Positions 26,924 to 35,617 of a DNA stretch of 64,000 nucleotides are shown here, piece by piece. Origin of the DNA: Candidatus Parcubacteria bacterium (GTDB lineage Bacteria > Patescibacteriota > Microgenomatia > Levybacterales > GWA1-39-11); assembly GCA_003599595.1 (NCBI GenBank), contig QZIP01000011.1, positions 2,638-66,637 on the forward strand. Reading direction: 5' to 3'. The position numbers and the translations under genes are program-made. The notes beneath the pieces are model-generated. The model was not told where the DNA came from. It saw only the letters and a list, made by a program, of their open reading frames with translations, and made no database searches. Each line of letters opens with the position of its first letter. The first letter of the stretch is position 1.

Positions 26924-29900
26924 CTATCTACCAAAAAATCTTCCTAATCCTCTGCGTTTTGGTGGTTCTGCAACCATTGATCCCCTATATCCCTCCTGGG
27001 GTCTTGCTGCACCAGGTAAAGGAGGTCCTTCAACAAAAGGCATTTCTTCTGGAGGAACCATTTTTATTTCTCTAGGAATACTGGCCTGGACATTGTATGT
27101 TCTCTCCATAGGATGTTTTATTGGAGCGCCTACTTCAGCTAGATCTCTGTCAGGAGTCAGATCTGGTTTGCCCTCATCTTCAACATATTGAGTTGCCAAT
27201 GAGTGCACTCTTAAAGTTCCAGGTTCGCCATTATATCCTGCAAGCTCCGATGCTTTCAGGATATTTAAATTTTGATCTGCTATCAAAGCAGAAGATATAG
27301 TATTTATGCCTACAATTTCACCGCGGCTATTAATAAGTTCTTGTGGAAGATCTATATTGCCTTGCTCATTTGCTTCTACCATAATCTGTCTTCCATCTTT
27401 TAAGTCAACAACATAACTTAATTTATCCAGAGAAATATTTCCACCATTTATATCTTTCATTCGGTCCAATAATTCATCATTTAAATAGGGCACACCTTCT
27501 AGATGAGACGGAATTGGTTCTCCACCAAGTGTTCCACCATAACTTATACGTATTGTCCACTTACCGTCTGAGCTCATATGTTTATCAAAATAAAGAGTTA
27601 ATTCATTTCCTGCAGGGGCTTCGCTCCCATTATGATTCACCCAGCTTTTCATAACATCTGTAGTGTCTGTAATTTGTCTATCTAAAAGCACACTATGGTC
27701 CTGAGAGAGCAAATGATCAACCGTGCTTACTCCTTCTGTATGTGTTTGTGAAATGTAAAATCCTGCTTCTGCAAGGTCTTGTTTTAGGTTGGTAAATTCC
27801 GGACTTTGTGGGTTAATTCCTGTCTTGGACAAATCAAAAGAAAACATCCCATCATCCTTAATCTTTCCCTCAAGTTGCAGACCAGATTTAGAATCCACAA
27901 TCCCTACTTGGGAAACATCTGCATTGACAGTAACTGTTATGTTTTCCACATTGTAAGTTGCAGTTTCATGTCTTGCTATGGTTCCTTGAATTTTTTCTGC
28001 TAAAGAAGGAAGAGTTGTAGTTTTTTCTACTATTTCACCCACTTTAAAACCTTGGGAAGAGAGCTTTTCACTGGTTACAGCTACACTTGCGGAATCACCG
28101 CTTCGCAGATCAAAATTTCCTTTGGCATCAACTTGGCCTTCAACAATCCCACCATTAACACCTGTTATTTTTACTCCTGTACCGTCAATTATCATATTTA
28201 GATCTTGTAATTTTACCTCGTGAGCTCCTGGGGTATTAACTGCGGTTAAAACTTGACTTGCAGCAGGGTTTTCTGCAACAGTCCAATTAGTTGCAGACCG
28301 TATTTCTTCTGGTAAGTCTTCAAAATGGGGAGTTTCTCCATTTAAGCTAACTACTTTTATAGAACCGTCAGACTGAATTTGAATTTGGCGGCCATCAATA
28401 TCAATATTTCCTTGCCCATCATAAAATGTACCAAGATGACTTGGGGCATCTACAGACAGTATTAAGCCACTTTCAAATCTTAAGCTTCCTCCCGTATCAA
28501 AAATTTTCTGAAGATGCTCTTGTGTCATAAGCTCTGCACCTCTTACTCTATCAACCAAAAATCCAACCATCCTCTCTCCAGGAGTTTGCCCTTCTATTAC
28601 TCCCGCATGTTTTAATCCTTGAGCAACTACTTCACTTGATGCAAGTCCTACAATTGCAGCAGTTGCCCCACCTATTGCTCCCTGTCTATTTATCCAGGCG
28701 TCTTTTGCCTTATTTTGCAACCTATTATGGTCTTCCAATCTCTCCCGCCAAACTCTTCTCATTTCTCTTATGTTTTTATCATTTCTTGAAATCACAATAC
28801 CTTCTCTTTGAAGAATTTCCCTGATCCTGCTCATTGCCCTTGTAAGTTCTATTGTTTCTTTTGATCCTGATCTAATACTTTCAAAACTAACCAAGCCTCT
28901 AGCTCTATCTCCTTGAAACGCTGGGAAATTAAGTCTTACATCTATTTCTGCCCATCTCTCAAGCAAAGAGTTTACATTTCTTTCAACCTCTGCCAATTGT
29001 TCTTTTGTCTCTCCTCCCGTAGCTTTAATTTTTGCACTTAAAACATCTTCCATATTTTTTCTCCTCTCTCCGCTCACAAGAGACTTTCCTCCCCCAGAAA
29101 CAAGCTCCCTAGCGGTAGCCATACTTGGAATAAAATCTGTTGCATCTCTTCTTCTTTTTAATTCTTTTCCTTCTTCTCCTTCTGCTCTTAATTCTTGAGC
29201 TTTAACACCCGCAGCGCTGTGTTCCAGTTCTTTATTTGCTTCATGTGCTGCTCTTTCAGCACTAGACCTTCCCCTCAAGCCGCCCATAGTTGTTGACAGG
29301 GCCAAAGAAAGCTGTAAGGGATCTACTCCAAATTCCACTCCTGCCGTTCTCAATCCTTGAAGTCCAAGGTATGTACCTAATCCCGTTGCAAGAGGGGCGC
29401 CCGCAAAACCTCCTCTTCTCTGTTCAAGGGCAGAAAAGAATCTATCAATCAATCCTATGGGCATCTGAGTTTGCTCGGCAAGTCTTGCCCTAAAAACATT
29501 AACCGGAATTCTAAGTTTACCTGATTCAAGCCTAGGTAAATCTCCATTATGCAAAACCATCCAGGCATTGGTTAAAATATTTGTGGCAAAAAAGTTTGAA
29601 GTTTTTCCAAAATGCTCTTTATCAGCAAAAAATTCTTGTATTTGCGGATCTGAAATATGACCTTGCATATAATCTCCCAATTGGGCTTGAATAAATGCCC
29701 TAATCTCACCTTCATTTTCAGAAGTAATACCGCTTTCATTGTATTTTCTAATAATACGCAAAAGTATCTCTTCATTTACATATCGTGTTAATTCAGTATC
29801 TGCTGGAGTAAGTCCCTTTTCTCCGGCAAGCACCCCTTCTTTCCCCATCATCATTCTCTCAATCACGTGTTTCCCTGATTCTTCCATTGCTTCTGTTTCA

Positions 29901-30985
29901 CCTTTGATTTCTTGACTCTCTTCATCTAAATTTTCCCTTGCTATAATATTGACTTTTCTTAATTCACCAAAATATTTCAATTCATTCACTCTTCTCAAAA
30001 ATCCCTGTACATTTCTTCTAAGCATTTTTGGCCAATTAGCGGGATTCAATGTTGTTCCTACCCGGGCAGCAATTTCAACCGCCAATTTTTCTGGTATATC
30101 TGGATAAATTTCTTTGACTCTGTGTTCCATCTCTTTTTGCTTGGCATAGGCCTCCGCACGCATTCCTGCCTCTTCATCCATAGAACCTATAGTCACTCCG
30201 TAGCGCTTCTCAGCAAAAATTGGTTCAGGATTAGGCTCAGTAATAGTTGACGGTTCAGGAGTTGAAACAGTTTCTGCTGGCTTTTTCATCCCGGGAACAA
30301 CATTGACTGCTTCGCCCACTTGGGGTGGCACCAATACATAATTAGGGCTATATTTAAAAGCTTTTATCCTGCCTTCTGCTGGGTCAAAACTTGTAATTCC
30401 AAGCGTTATGTTGTCACTTATTTTTAACAAAAATGCCTTGTCTTCAAGATCTTGTTGGGTAAAGGGGCCAAGCTGTTCTTTGTCTCCAACGGTTATATAA
30501 AGTCTATCTCCTCTCTGTTGTAAAACCCCTGCCCCAAAAGCTTCTGGATCCATAATGTCTGGTAGGATAGTTACCTTCTCAGGGTCCTTTGGGTCGGCTT
30601 TAAAAGCAAGAGTCTCTGCTTGTTTTCCAAGTCTTAATTTCAAAGGAACAGTCACATGATCTGACCCGTTTAGTTCTTCCCAATTTAAGCTCTCGCCCTT
30701 GCCAGTCCTTCTTTTTGGCTCCGGAGGAATTTTATCAGCACCAACAAACATGTCAGGACTTGTTTTGGAGGGGCGGCTTTCAAGTAATGTCATTAGCCTT
30801 ACCTCGTCTCCCTTATCATGTCCTGCTTGATTTATAGGATCTGATTCTAATTTGCGGAAATCTCCCTCAGAAGTTAAACTTGTATCAGGACCTTTTGAAA
30901 TAATTCTTGAAGACTTAAAGGCGTCTTGTCTTTCAGTCATGCCTTCAGCTTCCGCTTCACTTGTTTCAATTGCTTCATCTACCAT
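26924..30985 (-). CDS. Very large hypothetical protein (1353 aa) with glycine-zipper segments and C-terminal beta-rich repeats
   Basis: Long ORF; GGFAGAPLATGLGTYLG and GAIGGATAAIVGLAS segments; three similar beta-rich units in the C-terminal half. Confidence 0.85.
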   Translation of the reverse strand: MVDEAIETSEAEAEGMTERQDAFKSSRIISKGPDTSLTSEGDFRKLESDPINQAGHDKGDEVRLMTLLESRPSKTSPDMFVGADKIPPEPKRRTGKGESLNWEELNGSDHVTVPLKLRLGKQAETLAFKADPKDPEKVTILPDIMDPEAFGAGVLQQRGDRLYITVGDKEQLGPFTQQDLEDKAFLLKISDNITLGITSFDPAEGRIKAFKYSPNYVLVPPQVGEAVNVVPGMKKPAETVSTPEPSTITEPNPEPIFAEKRYGVTIGSMDEEAGMRAEAYAKQKEMEHRVKEIYPDIPEKLAVEIAARVGTTLNPANWPKMLRRNVQGFLRRVNELKYFGELRKVNIIARENLDEESQEIKGETEAMEESGKHVIERMMMGKEGVLAGEKGLTPADTELTRYVNEEILLRIIRKYNESGITSENEGEIRAFIQAQLGDYMQGHISDPQIQEFFADKEHFGKTSNFFATNILTNAWMVLHNGDLPRLESGKLRIPVNVFRARLAEQTQMPIGLIDRFFSALEQRRGGFAGAPLATGLGTYLGLQGLRTAGVEFGVDPLQLSLALSTTMGGLRGRSSAERAAHEANKELEHSAAGVKAQELRAEGEEGKELKRRRDATDFIPSMATARELVSGGGKSLVSGERRKNMEDVLSAKIKATGGETKEQLAEVERNVNSLLERWAEIDVRLNFPAFQGDRARGLVSFESIRSGSKETIELTRAMSRIREILQREGIVISRNDKNIREMRRVWRERLEDHNRLQNKAKDAWINRQGAIGGATAAIVGLASSEVVAQGLKHAGVIEGQTPGERMVGFLVDRVRGAELMTQEHLQKIFDTGGSLRFESGLILSVDAPSHLGTFYDGQGNIDIDGRQIQIQSDGSIKVVSLNGETPHFEDLPEEIRSATNWTVAENPAASQVLTAVNTPGAHEVKLQDLNMIIDGTGVKITGVNGGIVEGQVDAKGNFDLRSGDSASVAVTSEKLSSQGFKVGEIVEKTTTLPSLAEKIQGTIARHETATYNVENITVTVNADVSQVGIVDSKSGLQLEGKIKDDGMFSFDLSKTGINPQSPEFTNLKQDLAEAGFYISQTHTEGVSTVDHLLSQDHSVLLDRQITDTTDVMKSWVNHNGSEAPAGNELTLYFDKHMSSDGKWTIRISYGGTLGGEPIPSHLEGVPYLNDELLDRMKDINGGNISLDKLSYVVDLKDGRQIMVEANEQGNIDLPQELINSRGEIVGINTISSALIADQNLNILKASELAGYNGEPGTLRVHSLATQYVEDEGKPDLTPDRDLAEVGAPIKHPMERTYNVQASIPREIKMVPPEEMPFVEGPPLPGAARPQEGYRGSMVAEPPKRRGLGRFFGR

Positions 30986-30994
30986 AATATATTT

Positions 30995-31357
30995 TTATAA
31001 TGGATTTTGAGTTTCTACTTTATTGTTTTCTTCCATTATTTTCTCTCCTAAGTACAAGCTTCTAAAATCAAGCATTGACTGGGCAAAAATAGCCTCAGCA
31101 TCAGGAATATTTGCTTTTAAATAGGAATTCAACTCTTCCATATTTTTATTTTCTTCAGCCATTTTTGTAAATTCCTCAAGTTTTTCCTGTGGAAGACTTT
31201 CAACAATTTTACTAAGCATATATTTATCAAATCTTTCATAAAGCTCTTGAAGAACCGTTTCTTTCATCAGATCCGTATTGTTCATAAGCCCAGCATCCTC
31301 TATCAAAGACTCAAGAAATAATTTAATATCTACTGGAATTTCTAATTGTTTATCCAT
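30995..31357 (-). CDS. DUF5663-like acidic helical protein
   Basis: 'FLESLIEDAG...LYERFDKY...LPQEKLEEF...IPDAEAIFAQSMLDFRSLYLG'; SD AGGAGG. Confidence 0.7.
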   Translation of the reverse strand: MDKQLEIPVDIKLFLESLIEDAGLMNNTDLMKETVLQELYERFDKYMLSKIVESLPQEKLEEFTKMAEENKNMEELNSYLKANIPDAEAIFAQSMLDFRSLYLGEKIMEENNKVETQNPL

Positions 31358-31654
31358 AATTCACCTCCTTAATTTTTAATATATATAAGCATTACATAAG
31401 ATAATGACTATTGTCAATATTAGTAATTTATAAAATTTTCTAATTGATCACAGATTCTCTCTTTAGTATAATCTAGTTTTAAGAAGGAAGAGAGATATTG
31501 CGCTTGCTTACAATACTCACTCTTTCTTTTTTTACAACTCAAAAAGGAGAGAAGCAGAAAATTGCTGTCTGCTTTTACTCTTTTAAAGGTTTTATTCTTG
31601 CACTTTGACAAATCAGGAAATCCAGAAAATATACAGATTTTATTTGTGTATGTC

Positions 31655-31897
31655 TTCTCACAGTTAGCCTTAAGATAACACGGATGAAACTGATCCGTGA
31701 AATCTTATTTTGTAGGACAGATGTAAGGTCCGCATTACCGTAAAGCATTTAGGCCGCGGGAAGAGAAGGAGTAAATAAATTTGACATTTGAAATTTAAAA
31801 TTTGAAATTGGAAATTTATTTCCTCTCTCCCCGTTGTCTTTTTGCTTACGGTCAATGATGATCTGATTCAGTCCCGCAGGCTGGATGAGGGTGAGAG
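31655..31897 (+). ncRNA. Candidate structured RNA/leader (unassigned)
   Basis: Four mutually compatible helices forming a multi-way junction, paired by eye (see findings). Confidence 0.35.
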
Positions 31898-31939
31898 CAA
31901 AGAGAGCGGAGACGGTGATGCTGATGAGAGGGAGGAAAA

Positions 31940-32131
31940 ATGAAAAGGAAGTCGTTACGCGGCAGTAGACAAAGAAGAGAAAGTAAGCCAACAGTCCAAG
32001 TGAAAGATCCTAACAGGATGGGACATTTGCAAACTGAAGGGCGCACATTTGTTGTCTCTCGGGTGTCTCCAGCCTCCGGGCTGTCCGAACCCTTCAGGGC
32101 ATCACCAGCGTGGGTAATACCGGCTCGTTGA
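31940..32131 (+). CDS. Small basic hypothetical protein
   Basis: GGGAGG SD 4 nt before the ATG; hairpin AAGGGAG...CTCCCTT follows the stop. Confidence 0.5.
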   Translation: MKRKSLRGSRQRRESKPTVQVKDPNRMGHLQTEGRTFVVSRVSPASGLSEPFRASPAWVIPAR

Positions 32132-32208
32132 TATAGTACCAATAGAGATAAAGGGAGCCCACCCCCTCCCTTGATCCACTCTCGTAAAATCTGGAAGGAG
32201 TTAAGGAG

Positions 32209-32553
32209 TTGCTCAAAGGTGATATTGTGATAGGACTACAGAGGCTTTTCGAGGGTGTAAAAATAACTCCCGGACAAAGCCAGACTCTATACATGGATCC
32301 ATTCGGAGCATTCATTGATCCTCCTTCAGATCCCACACTTAATCCGCTCAGAGGATTCCAAGTCACCCTTGCTCCTGGTCCCAATCTTCCTCTTGAAGCA
32401 GTAGTGGGCATTCTGCTCGGCCTATGGTCGACGGGGAAGGAGTCAGAAGGTATGCAACCGGTCTGCGTCGATAAAGCAGAGGTAGGAAAGGACGGGCGAG
32501 CTCTTCTTGCGGCTTCAGGATCCACTGGGATCTATTTCATTTATCCCGCGTAA
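32209..32553 (+). CDS. Small hypothetical protein
   Basis: AAGGAG SD before a TTG start; 114-aa ORF. Confidence 0.55.
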   Translation: MLKGDIVIGLQRLFEGVKITPGQSQTLYMDPFGAFIDPPSDPTLNPLRGFQVTLAPGPNLPLEAVVGILLGLWSTGKESEGMQPVCVDKAEVGKDGRALLAASGSTGIYFIYPA

Positions 32554-32570
32554 TCGTTCAGAAGGAGGAT

Positions 32571-32774
32571 GTGATGACAATCGGCACAAAGATCGGACCA
32601 GGAAGACGAGCTCGGACAGGACCACAATCCCGTCAAGGTCTTCAGATGGAAACAACTGGCGGCCCAGACAAGGTTGACCCCAAAGAATGGCAAAAAGGTT
32701 GCTGGGCTTGCCCGGAGTATCCTTGCAACTTCACCGTGCACAAGTGTCCCCATAGAGGTTGCGTGTTCGGATAG
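32571..32774 (+). CDS. Small Cys-rich hypothetical protein
   Basis: AAGGAGG SD; CWACPEYPC...KCPHRGC. Confidence 0.5.
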   Translation: MMTIGTKIGPGRRARTGPQSRQGLQMETTGGPDKVDPKEWQKGCWACPEYPCNFTVHKCPHRGCVFG

Positions 32775-32931
32775 TTCGACAATTTGGAATCTGGATTTCC
32801 ATCATCAAGGCAAGAGGAGCGCTTGGGTTTGTGCGGAGGTCCTATTTGACCTCCAACCTTACTCAAGCGCTTTTCTTTTGGCAAAAAAGTTGCCCCAAAG
32901 CCTAATTTAGGTTAAAATTAAGGGTGAAAAT

Positions 32932-33016
32932 GGAGGAATTGAGCAATGGTGGCTCACCAGTCTTGAAAACTGGGGTCCGAAAGGACATGTGGGTTCGAGC
33001 CCCACTTCCTCCGCCA
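32932..33016 (+). tRNA. tRNA-Ser (UGA)
   Basis: GGAGGAA acceptor, CCAGU-CUUGAAA-ACUGG anticodon arm, long variable arm GUCCGAAAGGAC, ends GCCA. Confidence 0.95.
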
Positions 33017-33044
33017 CGTAAAAAATTATTGGTATAATTAATCT

Positions 33045-33263
33045 ATGGATACTCAACAACTTAAACTCGCCTTTTTGTTTTTCCTCAATATTCTTTTTGT
33101 GGGTTTTATCTGGCACTTGGACATCAGTCACAATCTTGACAGGCTAAATATTAACAAAACCCGCGGCATCTTGAAAATCTCTCCGGAAACAGGCTACCGT
33201 ATTTCTCAATATGGATTAATCATCATCTTGTTTTTAATAGATTTGCTAGTAATTTTATTATAG
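33045..33263 (+). CDS. Small two-TM membrane protein
   Basis: TATAAT-N6-ATG start; two hydrophobic helices; 4 nt upstream of yjjX. Confidence 0.7.
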   Translation: MDTQQLKLAFLFFLNILFVGFIWHLDISHNLDRLNINKTRGILKISPETGYRISQYGLIIILFLIDLLVILL

Positions 33264-33267
33264 TTTT

Positions 33268-33795
33268 ATGATTATCGTTGTTGGTTCCACCAATCCTGCA
33301 AAATTAAATTCTGTTAGAAAGATCTTTAAAAAATATTTTAGAAATGTGATTGTTAAGGGTGTAAAAGTTGAATCAGGAGTTGCCGAACAACCTTTAAGTG
33401 AAGAAGAAATGTTTGAGGGCGCTCTGTCTCGGGCAAAAAACGCTTTAGAAAAAAATAAAATTGCAGATTTTGGAATTGGAATAGAAGGAGGAGTGCATAG
33501 GTTTGGTTATGGCCTGATGGAAAGAGCCCTAGTGGTTATTGTTGATAGAAAGGGAAATATTGGCATCGGTTCATCTGGTGGAGTGGTCTTGCCTGAAAAG
33601 GTATCCAAAAGAATTGAAAAAGGTGAAAATCTCTCTGTGGTTATAGATGATCTTTTTGGGACAAAAGATATAGGTAAAAGCATTGGCATGTTTGGTTTGT
33701 TTACAAAAGAAGTGGTGACCAGGACAAAGGCCTATGAACACGGTGTTGCCTTTGCTCTCTCAAGATTCCTACACCAAAACTTGTTTGAAAAATAA
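33268..33795 (+). CDS. yjjX: Inosine/xanthosine triphosphatase
   Basis: VGSTNPAK, SGVAEQP, GIGIEGG, VTRTKAYEHG. Confidence 0.93.
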   Translation: MIIVVGSTNPAKLNSVRKIFKKYFRNVIVKGVKVESGVAEQPLSEEEMFEGALSRAKNALEKNKIADFGIGIEGGVHRFGYGLMERALVVIVDRKGNIGIGSSGGVVLPEKVSKRIEKGENLSVVIDDLFGTKDIGKSIGMFGLFTKEVVTRTKAYEHGVAFALSRFLHQNLFEK

Positions 33796-33799
33796 AATT

Positions 33800-34354
33800 A
33801 TGGAGAAAAGATTTGTTTCGCGGGCTGGAGAAAAGCTTCAATTTGCCCTGGAAAAGTTTGAAATCAGCGTTAAAGACAAAATCTGTGCAGATCTTGGCTC
33901 AAGCACAGGTGGATTTGTTGAATGTTTGCTTCAACACGGCGCCCAAAAAGTTTATGCAGTAGAAGTGGGCTATGGAACACTCGCCTGGAAACTTAGGCAA
34001 GACCCTAGAGTTATAGTTCTAGAAAAAACAAATGCTTTACATGTTGAACTGCCGGAACAAGTTGACTTCGTATCTATTGATGTGGGCTGGACTCCTCAAA
34101 AACTCATCATTCGCAAAGCCTTAGAGCTCGTTAAACAAGGAGGAGATATTATCTCACTACTAAAACCTCACTATGAAGCAGATAGAAGGTGGCTCAGACG
34201 CGGAAAGCTCTTAGAAGAATATCTGGATAAAACAGTTGAAAAGGTAAAATCAGAACTCTTAAGCCTTGAAATTACCATAAATGAAATAATCGAATCACCA
34301 ATTATTGGCACCAAAGGTGGCAACAAAGAATACTTAATCTGGATTAAAAAATAA
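33800..34354 (+). CDS. tlyA: TlyA family rRNA 2'-O-methyltransferase lacking the S4 domain
   Basis: FVSRAGEKL, DLGSSTGGF, VYAVEVGYG, LLKPHYE, SPIIGTKGGNKEYL; start at ATG 33800. Confidence 0.88.
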   Translation: MEKRFVSRAGEKLQFALEKFEISVKDKICADLGSSTGGFVECLLQHGAQKVYAVEVGYGTLAWKLRQDPRVIVLEKTNALHVELPEQVDFVSIDVGWTPQKLIIRKALELVKQGGDIISLLKPHYEADRRWLRRGKLLEEYLDKTVEKVKSELLSLEITINEIIESPIIGTKGGNKEYLIWIKK

Positions 34355-34356
34355 TT

Positions 34357-34642
34357 ATGATGAGTTTATTGTTTGGATTAATATTTGGAATAATTGTTAC
34401 TTGGATTTTTGAAACTATAATGGTGAACAATAGAAAATTAAGAAAAAATTTTTGGGAAAATAATTTATTAATTTTCGGTTATCACTTTCATCACAGTTTT
34501 TTTAGGATTAGTGCTTATATTAATCGGTTTATTAAAAATTAATTTATTATTGATAGGGTTAGCTTTGGGAATAATAATAGTCCACACTATAACTGACAGA
34601 TTTGTCTTTGTAGAAAAAAATAAAATAATAACTTGCAAATAG
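34357..34642 (+). pseudogene. Small membrane protein with a +1 frameshift in a T7 run
   Basis: Frame 1 reaches GYHFHHSF; removing one T at 34497-34503 continues LGLVLILIGLLKINLLLIGLALGIIIVHTITDRFVFVEKNKIITCK*. Confidence 0.6.
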
Positions 34643-34775
34643 ATTAGTTTTGAATTAAATTAATAGAGAGTGTAATATATCAGTGTAAATCCTAAAGTTA
34701 AACCTTTATTAATTAATGCGTATAAAAACCGGTGTAATCTAAAGACAATAAGAATATTTCAATTACTGAACTTGT

Positions 34776-35603
34776 ATGCAAGAGATTTTTGTTACTAAAA
34801 GTTCGGGGGAAAAAGAGCCGTTTTCAGAAGAAAAAGTTCTTCTTGCTATGGGGAAAGTTGGGGTGCCGGATTCTCTTAGGCCACAGGTCTTGTCTCACGT
34901 AAAGCAAGGGCTTCACCCAAACATAAAAACCTCTGATATTTTTAATCACATTACAGAGTATTTAAGAGCGCAAGACATTAGGGCCTCAACCAGATTTAAT
35001 CTTAAAAAAGCTATTTTTGATCTTGGTCCTACAGGTTTTCCTTTTGAAAAATATGTCGCTAGAATCTTTGAAAGCTTAGGTTATAAAACGCAGGTAGATA
35101 CTATCCTGGAAGGGGAGTGTGTCAGTCATGAGGTAGACCTAATAATTGAAAAAGAAAATAATAAAGAAATTGCTGAGGTAAAATTTCATAATCATCACGG
35201 TAGCAAGACCGATGTTCAGGTAGCACTTTATTCCTATGCCCGTTTTCTTGATCTCTCAAAAATACACAAAATAAGCGGTCTTTGGATTGTGACAAATACA
35301 AAGCTCTCTCAGGATGCAATAACTTATGCAAAATGTAAGAATGTAAAAGTTATTGCCTGGAATTATCCTCAAAACAATAATCTTCAGCAATTAATAGAAA
35401 AACCTTGTCTTTATCCAATTACTATTTTAAGCTCTTTATCTTCCAAGGAAAAACAAGAATTGCTTGACGCTGGTATTGTTCTTTGCTCAGATTTGTTATC
35501 AAACCCATTGGTAAGACAAATCATTCCGGATCATAATCATTGGCAAAATGTCCAGCAGGAAGCCCAGGTTGTCTGGCCCCTGTCATCCAACAGGGCCATA
35601 TGA
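34776..35603 (+). CDS. ATP-cone + Mrr-like PD-(D/E)xK endonuclease domain protein
   Basis: VTKSSGEKEPFSEEK cone; GFPFEKYVARIFESLGY...HEVDLI...EVKFH...IVTN. Confidence 0.85.
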   Translation: MQEIFVTKSSGEKEPFSEEKVLLAMGKVGVPDSLRPQVLSHVKQGLHPNIKTSDIFNHITEYLRAQDIRASTRFNLKKAIFDLGPTGFPFEKYVARIFESLGYKTQVDTILEGECVSHEVDLIIEKENNKEIAEVKFHNHHGSKTDVQVALYSYARFLDLSKIHKISGLWIVTNTKLSQDAITYAKCKNVKVIAWNYPQNNNLQQLIEKPCLYPITILSSLSSKEKQELLDAGIVLCSDLLSNPLVRQIIPDHNHWQNVQQEAQVVWPLSSNRAI

Positions 35604-35617
35604 AATGACGTGGCAAA

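Noticed and set aside
26760-32931. Prophage or integrative element between the two tRNA-Ser genes
   Set aside because: No integrase, phage genes or duplicated tRNA 3' end; the segment lies at the tRNA 5' sides.
32932-33016. Selenocysteine or UGA-suppressor tRNA / alternative genetic code
   Set aside because: The anticodon is UGA (reads Ser UCA), not UCA. TGA terminates normal genes such as 34776-35603 and purN.
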